A stretch of 64,000 nucleotides of DNA, from positions 45,260,001 to 45,324,000 of the forward strand of contig CM052839.1 of assembly GCA_028534125.1 (NCBI GenBank). The letters are read 5' to 3'. Positions within the stretch are counted from its first letter, which is position 1. The number at the start of each line of letters is the position of its first letter. A program made the position numbers and the translations under genes. The notes beneath the pieces are model-generated. The model ran no database searches, was not told the DNA's origin, and saw only the letters and a program-made list of their open reading frames with translations. The DNA comes from Lama glama. Its lineage: Eukaryota. This document shows, piece after piece, positions 1-10,800 of the stretch.

Positions 1-2804
1 CGCGGTGCCTTCCTGCGGGGCTCCCTGGGTCTGGCTGGCCACCTGTAGGTTTCCTCCTGGGTGAGTCCGAGCCTGGCCGCCTCCAGCCTCTGCCCAGCTG
101 CTCCCCTGCCGCACCCCCACCCCCCTATGCTTGGGAGAGGGACTCATTCAGGATCCTCGGGACAGCCCCGTGCTCCGCAGGTGTCAGGGCAGGGTCCCCA
201 GGTGAACAAGATGGGCAGGCCCTGGCCTCCTGAGGGGCCACCCCTCAGGCCCTTGGGGAGGTTGGGAGCCGAAGGATGTGCACATGGTGGAGGGACCAGC
301 AAATGGAGGGTGGGGGCCACATGGGAGGATGTTTGTGCTGGGGGACATCTCGGTGGGAACAGCCCCAGGAACAGAGAGGCGGGGCCCTGGTGCCCGTGTG
401 CCCAGTTCTCACCCAGACCCCGCTGAGCTGCCCCTGCTGTGGGCTTCTTGGTCATTTGGGGGGGCGGGTCGAGGGCATCCTGGGTGCCCACCTTGCCCGA
501 GGACTGGCCTTGGGGTGGGTCCCAGGGCGTCTGGGAAAGAGTGGAGCGGCCTCTGGTGGTGGTGGTGATCAGCTGGGCCAGCTGTGTCACAGGCTGGCAG
601 AAGGGATGTCACTCACGGTGCTGAGGTTCCAGTGTGTTCGTATCCATTGCTGGTCCCAGAAGTGTCCGCCCCCCGAACTGTGAGCACGTGCTTCAGGAAG
701 CACGTGTGAGGACACGTCTCCTGGTGTAAGAGGTGTGTGCCTGTGAGTGGGTGCGACGTGTGTGTGATTGCTGGGAGCCTGTGGGTGCGTGTGTCAGTGT
801 GTGAGTGTGAGCTTGGGCGTGGGGGTCCGAGCACAGGTGAGGACGGAGGAGGCAGTGTGCGCCCACGCAGAAACGTGACAGCATCTGTGTGCACGTGTGC
901 GAGGACGTGGGGACGTGTGTATGTGTTCCCTCCCCCGTTCCCCGGCCCCGTGGGCCCCCATCTAGGACTCTGGGTGACGTCATGGCTCCTGACCCCTGTG
1001 GGCGGCTGGTCGGCTGACACCAGCCACGTTGACTGTCCAGCCACCCTCTGAGGCTCTGTGGTCCGGGGTCTGGGAAAGAACCCTCCCGTGTTGGCAGCTG
1101 CCATGACCCTCGTGACCCAGGGGACCTGAGGGGTGGTGCCTCCCAGAGGCTTGTTCGCGTGTGAATTGGGCTTCGACACTGAAGTGCAGCCGTCGGACCC
1201 CTCGGGGAGGCGGGCGTGCTGGGGCCTAGGGGCCAGTGCGTCTGAGCAGTCAGGTCTCTGGTTTCTGTGTCCATCTGAGCTCAGGGATCTGGGGGAGGAG
1301 GACACGGGTGGGCCTGGGTCCTGCCTGGGAGGCGCCACATGTGTGCCGTAACCTGCGTCCCTCCCCCCACCGGGCAGAGGGTGGCTGCATCCCTGCTGGC
1401 GGGTTCTGCTCCTCACATGTGGGTCCTGGGCCCTCGGGCAGACCTCCACCAAGAAGTGCCCAGGCCCCCCAGCGCTGGCTCTGCCTCCTGGCTGGCAGGT
1501 GGGATCGTGGTCGCCCCGGAGCTGTGCTTGCCTCCTGCCCTGGAAGCCCCAGAATCCTGCTCCTCGCTCCAGCTGGAGGCCAGGGGGTATGAGGGGCAAA
1601 TGCTGGGCCGCTTGGGCTGCGCCGGACCTTGGCCCTGGTGGCCTGGGCGCTTGGACCTCCGCCTTTCACGCTGGCCACTGGCCTCGGCCTTGTAACCCAG
1701 AGAGCACCCGCCCGGGTTGCACAACTCCTTCCTGCCCGAGATCCTGTTGCATCACTGGGCGGGCTTTAGGGGTGGGGGCGCTGGTGCCGGGATGTCCTCA
1801 GATGCCCGGTCAAGGCCCCGCCCAGACCTGCTGGTGACCCCAAGTGTGATGAGCCTCATAGGCTGCAGACCCCTGAGGAGGTCAGGCAGGGCCTGGCCAT
1901 GGCGTGGGGTGGGGGGTCAGTGGCCTGGGTGGGGCTGGACGTGGGGAAGGGGCAAGAGGAATCCGGGAGCAGCTGGGGTCTCCCTCTGGGGAGGGGTGGG
2001 AGGGGCCCAGGGAGCAGGTTTGTCTGGAGGGGGTCACAGACTCCACGCCGGGTTTGGGTTGAGATGCTCAAGTTCACCCAGGGGAAGGGCCAGGGCTGGG
2101 TGGCCACTGGGGTCTGGGGCTCCATAGGAAGTGCTGGGGACCAGGGTGTGGCTAGGGCCCTGATGGGGTCAGGAAGAGGGTGCAGGCTGAGCCTGGGCCC
2201 GCGATGAGGGGTCCAGCCCAGGACAGTGAAGGGGGCTGCTGAGGAAGTGGAGGGTGTGGGGGCCACCCCAGGACCCAGAATGCAGCCTGGCCTGCTGTCT
2301 GTCCTGCGTCCTGGCCTTGAGCCCTCGGAGGGGGTCCACTGACCTCTGGATGGCTGGACTCACTGCCCCTTCTCTTGCCGGGTCAAGGCCACCTCCACCT
2401 TCCATCTCTGTGTCCCCGTCGCTTCCCTGGGGAAACCGTGCTGACATCTGGCCCGGTGCCCCCCCCCTCGTGCAGTTTGAGTGTGGGGTGGAGGGCAGAG
2501 GCCCGGGGCGACCAGCGCAGGGTCTGGGCTCTGTTCTGTGTACACTGAAGCCGTGGGGGTCTTTAAAGACAGGGGTGACGGAGCTGGGTGTGAGTGAGAG
2601 AGAAAATCACACACATTTGATTCTAGACGCAGCACGTACTTGTAGGAAACATGGACGGCGGAGGCAGCCAGGAGGTACTTGCTGCCCAGAATTCTGCCAC
2701 CCAAGACAAGCACTGCTGACATTTTGAGATATTTTCTTCCAGTTTATTTTTTGGATGTGACTGTGATCAGGATTTATAAATAGTTCTGTGTCCTCTGTCT
2801 TGTT

Positions 2805-3690
2805 TTCAGCTCTACTGAGGTCTGATGGAAGTAGACTCAGCTGTGCATGTTTCAAGGGCGCGATCTGATGGGTTTTGGCATACGGGCACGTCACAACCCA
2901 TGAAATGCATGTATTTCTGTGTATCTGGGAGACCCTGTGAACCCTTGACCTGAGTCAGAGCCAGACAGTAAGCGTTTGCACTGAGCTCAAAGGCCTCCTT
3001 GTGCACCTGCTTCTTCTTACAACAAGCATGATGTCGCTGTTGCCCCGTTTATTTCAAACACCTTAAATTGCTCTCTCGGGGTTCTCTAGTGGCTGTGCCG
3101 TTGTTTTTACGGACTCCTTCTTTTATTGTGACTCTTTATGCTGGTTCCTACTCGGGAACCCCCCCCCCCACTGGAGCATCCCTGTGCACGGCGGCCCCTG
3201 CCTGCGGCGGCGATGTGCCCCACCTCAGTTTTCACTCTGGGTTTGTGCGCCCTCCACCCAGGCTGTTCTGTCAGGCGAAGTTCCCAGACCAGGAACTGCT
3301 CGGCCAGGTGCCGGCAGGTCTCGCAGGTCCCGCGTGCCCACCTCTGCCCGCCCGCGCCCCAGCCCTGGCCCCCTGCAGCGCCAGGCCCCGGGGCTGGGCT
3401 GGGCTGGGCTGCGAGAGCGCGGTGCTGGGGAAGCCGGGTCCTGTCTCCTTTCGTTCCTTCAATCAAGGACGAGGCTACGCGTTTTCTGGGGGCTGGATGA
3501 GCTCTGCTTCCGTGTTTGTGGGCCGACTGCCTTCGCCTTGCTTGTTGATGTTTTGGGGCCTGGAAGGGTTTTTTAATCTTTTTTGCTGACTGTGTGTTCT
3601 CAGGAGCGGTGACATTAGTCCTCAACAAATTTTCTGTTTCTGGTTTGCGGTTTGCCTTTAACTTGGGGCTTTTATTGAATGTATTAAAAC
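2805..3690 (-). mobile_element. Highly diverged L1M 3' fragments
   Basis: cagctctactgaggtctgat...tgggttttggcatacg and later ggaactgctcggcc...ttggccg/ttttgct motifs collinear with the antisense L1 3' end. Confidence 0.5.
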
Positions 3691-3694
3691 CATT

Positions 3695-3820
3695 TTTTAT
3701 TGTGTTTCTTAGAAGGGGGGTAATTAGGTGTATTTATTTTCTAACGAAGGTGCTGGGGACTGAGCCCAGGACCTCGTGCGCACTAGACACGTGTTCTCCC
3801 GCTGAGCCGCACCCCCCACA
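3695..3820 (-). mobile_element. Vic-1-type SINE (diverged)
   Basis: Reverse complement shows gggggtgcggctcagcgggagaac...gaggtcctgggctcagtccccagcacc...aaataaatacacctaattacccccc. Confidence 0.8.
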
Positions 3821-6800
3821 ACGTGCATGTTAACGTGGCCAAGCCCACTGACCTTTCGTGATTCCGTCTATTGCTTTCGGCTTAAAAATCCCTCCCCGTT
3901 GAGAAGCCCGCTTACTTGTTTTCCTCTCAGGTGCTACCACTTGACTCGTGGCGGTCACGCTGACGTTATTCTGACGTGTGGTCTGAGGCAAGATATCTGA
4001 CCCCCCTACCCAACCCCCGCCCGCCTGCCGGCTTGGAGCTGTCGGTTTGGGGGTGTCATGGGGGCTGGTCGGTGTCAGGTGAGCTGGCGAGCATGTGCTG
4101 GGGTGTAAATGCCCCCGGTGTCACCGCAGCCCGGGAGGGAGGCAGGGACAGGCACCTTGGCCCCGCACACACCGCCTTCATCATCACCGTTGGCGGGCGT
4201 TTTCCTCGTGTGGACACATCAGCTTTTACAACTTGTGTCTTCGCACGAGGGAGCTGGACTCTGCAGTCCCTTCCCGTGGGAATTCATCTGAGTAAAGCAG
4301 AAGCCTTAATCACACCCAGAAAGAGCGTCTCTTACACCAGAAGCGTGACCCCTGCTGGGGGCGGGGGTGGGCTGCCCCCCACGGTGGGGCTTCCTTCCAG
4401 GGTCCCCGGCCCAGGCCCCCAGGCTGGAGCCGCCCCTCGAGGAGCTTGGGCCCAGGGTTCGCCCTGTGCTCTCGGCCACCCACAGGCCCTGCTTCTCCCT
4501 GTGATGTCACCGCCCTGTTCCCAGTGTCCTGGCTCCCTGCCCCCCTGCCCCCAGTTCTGCCCACAGAGCGGGCATGCAGCAACGGGGAGAGCAGGGAGGG
4601 GGCCAGGCCAGGGGCCCCGGGCTCCTGTCTGGAGCTTCCTTACCCTACCCTTTTGTTGGGGGAAGATAGGCAGCCTGTGTGCCTGCAAGGTGCCCCCGGC
4701 TGTGGGTGCCCCGAGGGAAAGGGGCTGCCTCTTGGGGAGTGAGCTGCACAGTAGTGGAGGGGTGCGTGCTGACGCCCACAGCCACTTGACAGGAACCTAG
4801 CCCGTGGGGCCGAGCAGGGTCAGGTGGCCCTGAGACCCAAGACGCCACCCTCCCCCATCTGGATGATGGGGCCATTCTGGCTGCCTACCACTGCTTAAGG
4901 CGGCTTAGACAGGGGCCGCCTGCCCCAGCGAGGGCAGCTCGGATGGAGGAAGTTCACAGAGCGGCTCCAGGGAGCAGGTGCCGGGGGCCCGGGGTGCCTG
5001 GGGCCTCTCACTCCCATGGGGCACACAGGGCACCTGAGGAGTGGGCAGACCCTGGAAGCAGAGCCCAGAGTTCAAAAGGAGGCTGGCGTGAGCCGAAGGA
5101 GTGGGGGCCACACCCCACGAACTCCCTGCCCCCGCCTGCGTGTAGCACTGCTGGACCCAGTTGGGGTGGTCTGCATAGCCCCAGGGCAGACCTGGACAGT
5201 GAAACGGACCCTCAGAGAGAACCGCCCAGGGCTCAGCAGTCCTGCCGGCTCTGCCCCGTGGGTGGCGAGCCCTCCTCCACCGCAGCTGGACCAGGTCAGG
5301 TGACCTGCTTGAAGTCCTCTGGCACCAGACTGGGGGAGTGGGGCCTGCAGGAGGGCAGGCAGTTTGCAGGAGCCGGGGGCTCATTGAATGGGGTACAGCC
5401 AAGGGCTTGGGTTGACCTTCAGCCACTCCCCAAATTGTCCCTGTGGTCTGGACTTCAACTGGGTGGGGGTTATTTTTTTACCTTTGGCCGTCTCAGCGGG
5501 ATAGGGGTGGGGGCGGCAGGGATGGAGCAGGTGGGGAGTGGCCACCCCGTGGCCTTGTTAGGGGACCAGCCTCTTTCCCTGTGGCCCCCCTCACCCTCCG
5601 CTCAGCCGGCAGGAGGCCTGGGGCACCTCTCAGCCCACCCTTCGCCCCCTGCCCGGGGCTGGGTGAAGTGGGGGAGGGCAGGGGGAGGGTCTTAGGGTGG
5701 GGGCCTCTGTGGTGTGTGCCAGGCCTGGCTGACATTTCGGGGTGGTGTTCCTCTATTGCATGCTCAGCGTGGGGTGTCCCCACTTCCAGATGGGGGAGCT
5801 GAGGCTCAGGGGCCCACAGCTGGCGGGTGGGTGGGCTTCCAGCCCAGGGAGGCCCTGGTGCTCCGACCACCGTCTGCCTGGCCAGGGGAGGGTGGGCAGG
5901 TGGCTTCTTTCCACCAGGAGCCCCCGGTACTGGCACAAGGCCACAGAGACTGGTGCCAGCACCTGCTCGCTGAGGGTAAACAGACATGCCAGGCGTCCAT
6001 CTCCGGTGGGGAGCATCCCGGAAGCAGCAGAGAGGGCAGGACCGCAGGGCCAGTTGGTCCCACAGCGGCCGAGGGCCCCAGAGAGCAAAGGAGGCTTCTC
6101 TGTAGGGGGTTGGGCTCCCCCTCACCTCTGACCCTTCCACCCCCTCTCCCGGAGCTGCACATGGCGGAGGTGGGCTGGGCCCTGGGCAGCCTGGCCTGCG
6201 GCCCCCGACCAGGAGCTGCCCCAGGAGCCGCTGCCCCTCCCCAGGGCCCTCCGAGGCGGTGCCTGTCCGCCTGTGGCCACGTTGCTCTGCAGAACGGGCA
6301 GCAGCTGTGGGTGCTCATGGCGGTCTGGCTTTCCCTCCTGCTTTGGGGGTAGGGATGGGACCTCTGGGGACAGTTCTGTTGGAATAGGTCCTGGAGGCAT
6401 TGAGTGGACAGAAATGCCTGTGGAGGCCTGGGGTCCCCCGAATGGGGCCCAGGCCAGGCATCACCAGCCAGCGGGGCGGCACCTCAGGGGGCACCCTCCT
6501 GTCACTGAGGTGTTAGTGGAGGCCACGGGGCAGGGTGGGGGTGGGTCCCAAGCCCAGCAGCCCCAAGCCTGGACCCTGGAGCTGCATGCACCCCTCTGAG
6601 CCAGCCGCCACCCCCAGTCGCTGCTCCTCCATCCCCACAACCAGAGGCCTACCTTGGCCGCCCAGAGGAAGCCTGGTGCCTGGTGCCCTGCCCTGCAGCC
6701 CCCAGACCCTGACCCTATCCTGGAGCCCCTCATGGTCACAGAAGGGGGCTGGCATGTCCGTACCTGCCTGTCCACCGCAGTGTTCTGTAGCCAGAATCAA

Positions 6801-7081
6801 GCCGGCACCTCACCCACAGCAGGACCCCCGGCCAGGCTCTCCCTGCCCCTGCCCACGTGCTGGCTCCAGTGTGTGGCTTGTTTGCTCTGTGGAATTAAAT
6901 CCCCGCCTGTGGCCGCTCTGCCCTTCCTCATGGCCCTCCGGCCCCACCTCAGGCCGGAGGGTCCTGGCTCCCTCCGCTGGTCAGCACAGGCCGTGGTTGT
7001 TTCCAGGCCCCAGGTGTCTCCCTGGTGTTTGCACCAGAGAGCGGGAGGGAGGGGGCAGTCACACCTCTCGCCAAGGTTGTC

Positions 7082-7581
7082 NNNNNNNNNNNNNNNNNNN
7101 NNNNNNNNNNNNNNNNNNNNNNNNNNNNNNNNNNNNNNNNNNNNNNNNNNNNNNNNNNNNNNNNNNNNNNNNNNNNNNNNNNNNNNNNNNNNNNNNNNNN
7201 NNNNNNNNNNNNNNNNNNNNNNNNNNNNNNNNNNNNNNNNNNNNNNNNNNNNNNNNNNNNNNNNNNNNNNNNNNNNNNNNNNNNNNNNNNNNNNNNNNNN
7301 NNNNNNNNNNNNNNNNNNNNNNNNNNNNNNNNNNNNNNNNNNNNNNNNNNNNNNNNNNNNNNNNNNNNNNNNNNNNNNNNNNNNNNNNNNNNNNNNNNNN
7401 NNNNNNNNNNNNNNNNNNNNNNNNNNNNNNNNNNNNNNNNNNNNNNNNNNNNNNNNNNNNNNNNNNNNNNNNNNNNNNNNNNNNNNNNNNNNNNNNNNNN
7501 NNNNNNNNNNNNNNNNNNNNNNNNNNNNNNNNNNNNNNNNNNNNNNNNNNNNNNNNNNNNNNNNNNNNNNNNNNNNNNNNN
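7082..7581. other. Assembly gap (500 N)
   Basis: Run of exactly 500 N. Confidence 1.
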
Positions 7582-7754
7582 CAAGGGCCGGCGAGGCCCC
7601 CCACCTAGACGGGGCCCTTGATGCTGGTCTACAGCCAAGCTCGAGTGCCCCCAGCTCCCCCGCTCCTGGTGGCCTCCCCGGCCGGGCCACACCCCTGAGT
7701 CTCAGTGCTTCCCGGGAAGCCCCTCCCCGTGCGCGCCGCTGGCGCGGCCCTCAC

Positions 7755-7857
7755 CTTTGACGGTGATCTCTTTGATCTTCCGGGTCTTCTCGCTGATCCA
7801 CTTCTCCCTGCGGACCTTCTCGGTGGCGCTCATCAGTTCTTTGAGCTTCTTGATCTC
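7755..7857 (-). CDS. CEP131: CEP131 coding exon 16 (last visible)
   Basis: [34 protein letters not shown]; donor gtgagg. Confidence 0.94.
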
Positions 7858-10800
7858 CTGCCAGCGAGAACACAGGAGTCAGCAGAGGAGCTGTGGGAAG
7901 TGGGAAGATGCAAGGACAGCCCCCCAGCCTCGGTCACCCCCGACGTTCAGGAGGTGCCTTTCAACAGTGACCACGGGCAAAGCAGGAGGCACCAGGGCTG
8001 CAGCACTCGTCTGACGGAAGCCGGTCCCTCTGCCCAGGGTCCAGAGCGGGGGCCATCACCTCCTCTTCAGGGACACGAGAGGGGTCACACAAGCCCCTCG
8101 GCCCTGCCCCGGGGTCTGGCACCCGTGGGGTGGCAGGAAGCAGCTCCAGTGGAAGGAGGGGACAGAGCACGGTGCCGGGCTGGCCCCTCCCCGGCTGGCC
8201 CGCGGGATGGCTCCAGCCAGGCGGTGCAGGCCCAGACTTCCCCGTGCAGGCACACCGGGTCTGGGGTCAGCGGGCAGAAGAGCAGGGGGCTCACCAGCTC
8301 GTGCTGCTCCTGCATCTGGGTCTCCCTGTCCTTGCGCCTCTGGTCCCCCTGCTTCAGCTCGGCCACCAGGGCCTCGCACTTCTCACCCAAGGCCTTCTTG
8401 TCCTCGATCAGCTACGACCAGGGGTGGAGGTGAGGTCAGGAAACCCTACCTACCTCTCCTCGCCTGGGAGGCCAGCACACCAAATCCTGCCCCCTCCCAG
8501 GTCTGTAGGGGACCCTGGGTCCAAAAAGGTGTGCATATGGACAAAGGGCTTGACCCCTTCCTGAGGGCCGGCTGGTGTCAGCGGAGCCGGGCAGAGTGGG
8601 CACCTTGGCTACTAGCCCCCAACTGTGGCCATGTCAGGAGCCTCCAGGGGTGGGGGTCATCCTGTTGACCCTGTCATCCAGCCTGAGAAGGGCCTGCTTG
8701 TCGCCTAACAAAGGGTCTCGGTGAAGTCCCCAGGTGGCACCCAGCCTCACCGAGGGGTCCAGGCAGACCCCCTGTTTGGAAACACCTATGACTGCGAGGC
8801 GGCGTGTTGAGGCTGCTTGGTTCCTCTGGGCTCCCTCCTCTCCTCACAGACCCCACACCTGGAGCTCTCCTTGGAAAAGGACCTGACGGGGCCCAGCCGA
8901 GCACAGGTGGGCTGGAAGCCTCCACCAGTCCCTGTCGAAGGAGCTCCAGCTGCCCCAGCAGCGGCCTCCCCGGGACAGCACACCAGGAAGTTCAGGGTGT
9001 GTGTCCTGCTGGCAGCCCCCCAGTGGCCGCCAGGGGACCAGCCTGTCCTCTGAGTGACCCCACGTAGCCGGACCCCACTGGGGGGTGTGCTCTGCCCCTC
9101 TGCCCCTGCCACCCGCCACGCTGGGCCTGGGAGCACAGCTGTGGGTGGGCGGAGGGCTGGGGCACTGGGGGAGCCTCGCTGGGGGGGGAGGGGAGGGCAG
9201 CACTCGCTGGGGCTGGTTGCCCCAGAGCAGCCCGGCGAGCAGTCGACACCTGGCCCCCATAGGGGAAGACGCTGCCCGTTTCTACGAAGGTGGGAGGAGG
9301 CCCACGAGGAAGGCCCGTGGGTTTAGAAGTCTCCGTGAGGCCCGCTCTGGTCTGGAACCTGGCCCTGACCCTCTCCCCGACCCCCAGGTCCTGATGCAAC
9401 TGCCCTGAGGCCCCACTCCCCGGGCAGCGCCACCTGGTCAATGAAAGACAGGTGCCGCTGTATGGTGGCCTCGTAATGCTCCCTCTGCTGCCGCAGCTGC
9501 CGGCCCAGCTCCTTCTCCGTCTCTTTGACACGCCGCACGGTCAGGTCCCGCTGCTGTGCCTGCAGGGTGCGGGAGGAGCCACTCAGGGACAGGTGGGACG
9601 CTTGGGCGGCGGGGGGGGGGGGCGGCGGAGGGGCCGTTACCAGCGCCCGCTGCAACAGCACCATCGCCTGCTTCTTCTCCTCCACCTCCAGCTGCAGCCG
9701 CATCGCCGACGTGCTGGCCTCAGACACCGGCCCTGAGCACCCCAGACCCTCCTCCGGCACGTGGCCCTGAGGACGCGGCTGCGTCAGGCAGGCCCTCATT
9801 GCCCAGTGGTGGCCGGCCTCCCTCCCTGAGGCCTCTCCACACCTGGGGGGCTGGGGCTGCCTGGCGCTGCCCAGACTCCTCCGTCTCATCCAGGAAGCGC
9901 AGGATGCTGCGCAGCTTGGCCTCTGAGAGCAGGGCCCCATCCTCGGGGGGGCTGGCGGCCACGCTGAGCCTCCCAAACCTCTCCAGGTTGTGGGCCGTCA
10001 GGGAGCTGGCATAGTCCTCCTGCAGGGGGTGGGGCGTGGCATTGGAGGCTGTGGGGGCAGCGGCGGACTCCAGGCCGGCCTTCCAGGGCCCCCCGGAGAC
10101 TGGCCGAGGGGAGGGCCTCTCAGACTGCCCAGACCCTTGCAAGGGACTGACCGGGGACCACTGCTGGCAGAGACACGGTGCCCACTGCCACCCCCAGGTT
10201 ACTCTGAGGGTCCTAACCTTCGTGAGCCCTCGGATGAGTAGGTAGTTCAACAAGGTCCCATCTGGCCCTCGTGAGGTCCTGACTCAAGCAGGGAGGACCC
10301 CTGGGGGCTTCCCAGGTCCCCACAGCAAGCCTGTGACCTGCATGGATGGTGCCAGGGCCCACGGTCACCTCGTCGGTCCAGGCGTATTTGTCCTTGCGAT
10401 AGGCCCTAGGGCGGGGCAGCGGCTCTGGCTCCTGCTCCAGCAACTTCAGCGTGTCCAGCAGATCGTCCAGGGTTGCCCTGGACTTGACCCTGCCCTCAGT
10501 GGGGGCCACCACCTCCAGGATCTCACCAGCTGCCGTGTCCTGGGAGCTGGCATCCTGCAGCGGACGGATGGGAGGCTGAAGCCGGCGAGGCCATAAGAGG
10601 CAGAGACCACCAGCGAACAGTGGGTAGGCAGGGGCCCCGATCCTTCTGCTCGGGCGCCTGCCTGCCTGCTCACCCGCCTCCAGGGAGACGAGAAGGGACG
10701 CCAGGTGGGACGGCCTGGGCCCGGGCCCCTTGGCCCTTGGGCTGGATGCCATGGCCGGCATCTAACCTCTGCGCTTCTGTGTGGATCCCAACCCTGCATC

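Noticed and set aside
613-1599. 328-aa minus-strand ORF and many other 100-450-aa ORFs in the track (e.g. 11715-13079, 32041-33195, 20779-21642)
   Set aside because: Pro/Gly/Arg/Ala-rich, overlapping in all six frames, often with non-ATG starts. Expected by chance in very GC-rich DNA, and real coding parts are explained by the spliced exons.
6535-7760. Long ORFs spanning the poly-X region
   Set aside because: Artefacts of translating through the 500-N gap.
9606-9633. G-run / potential G-quadruplex in an 81-nt CEP131 intron
   Set aside because: G-runs are ubiquitous in this isochore and homopolymer length is error-prone; no specific evidence of function.
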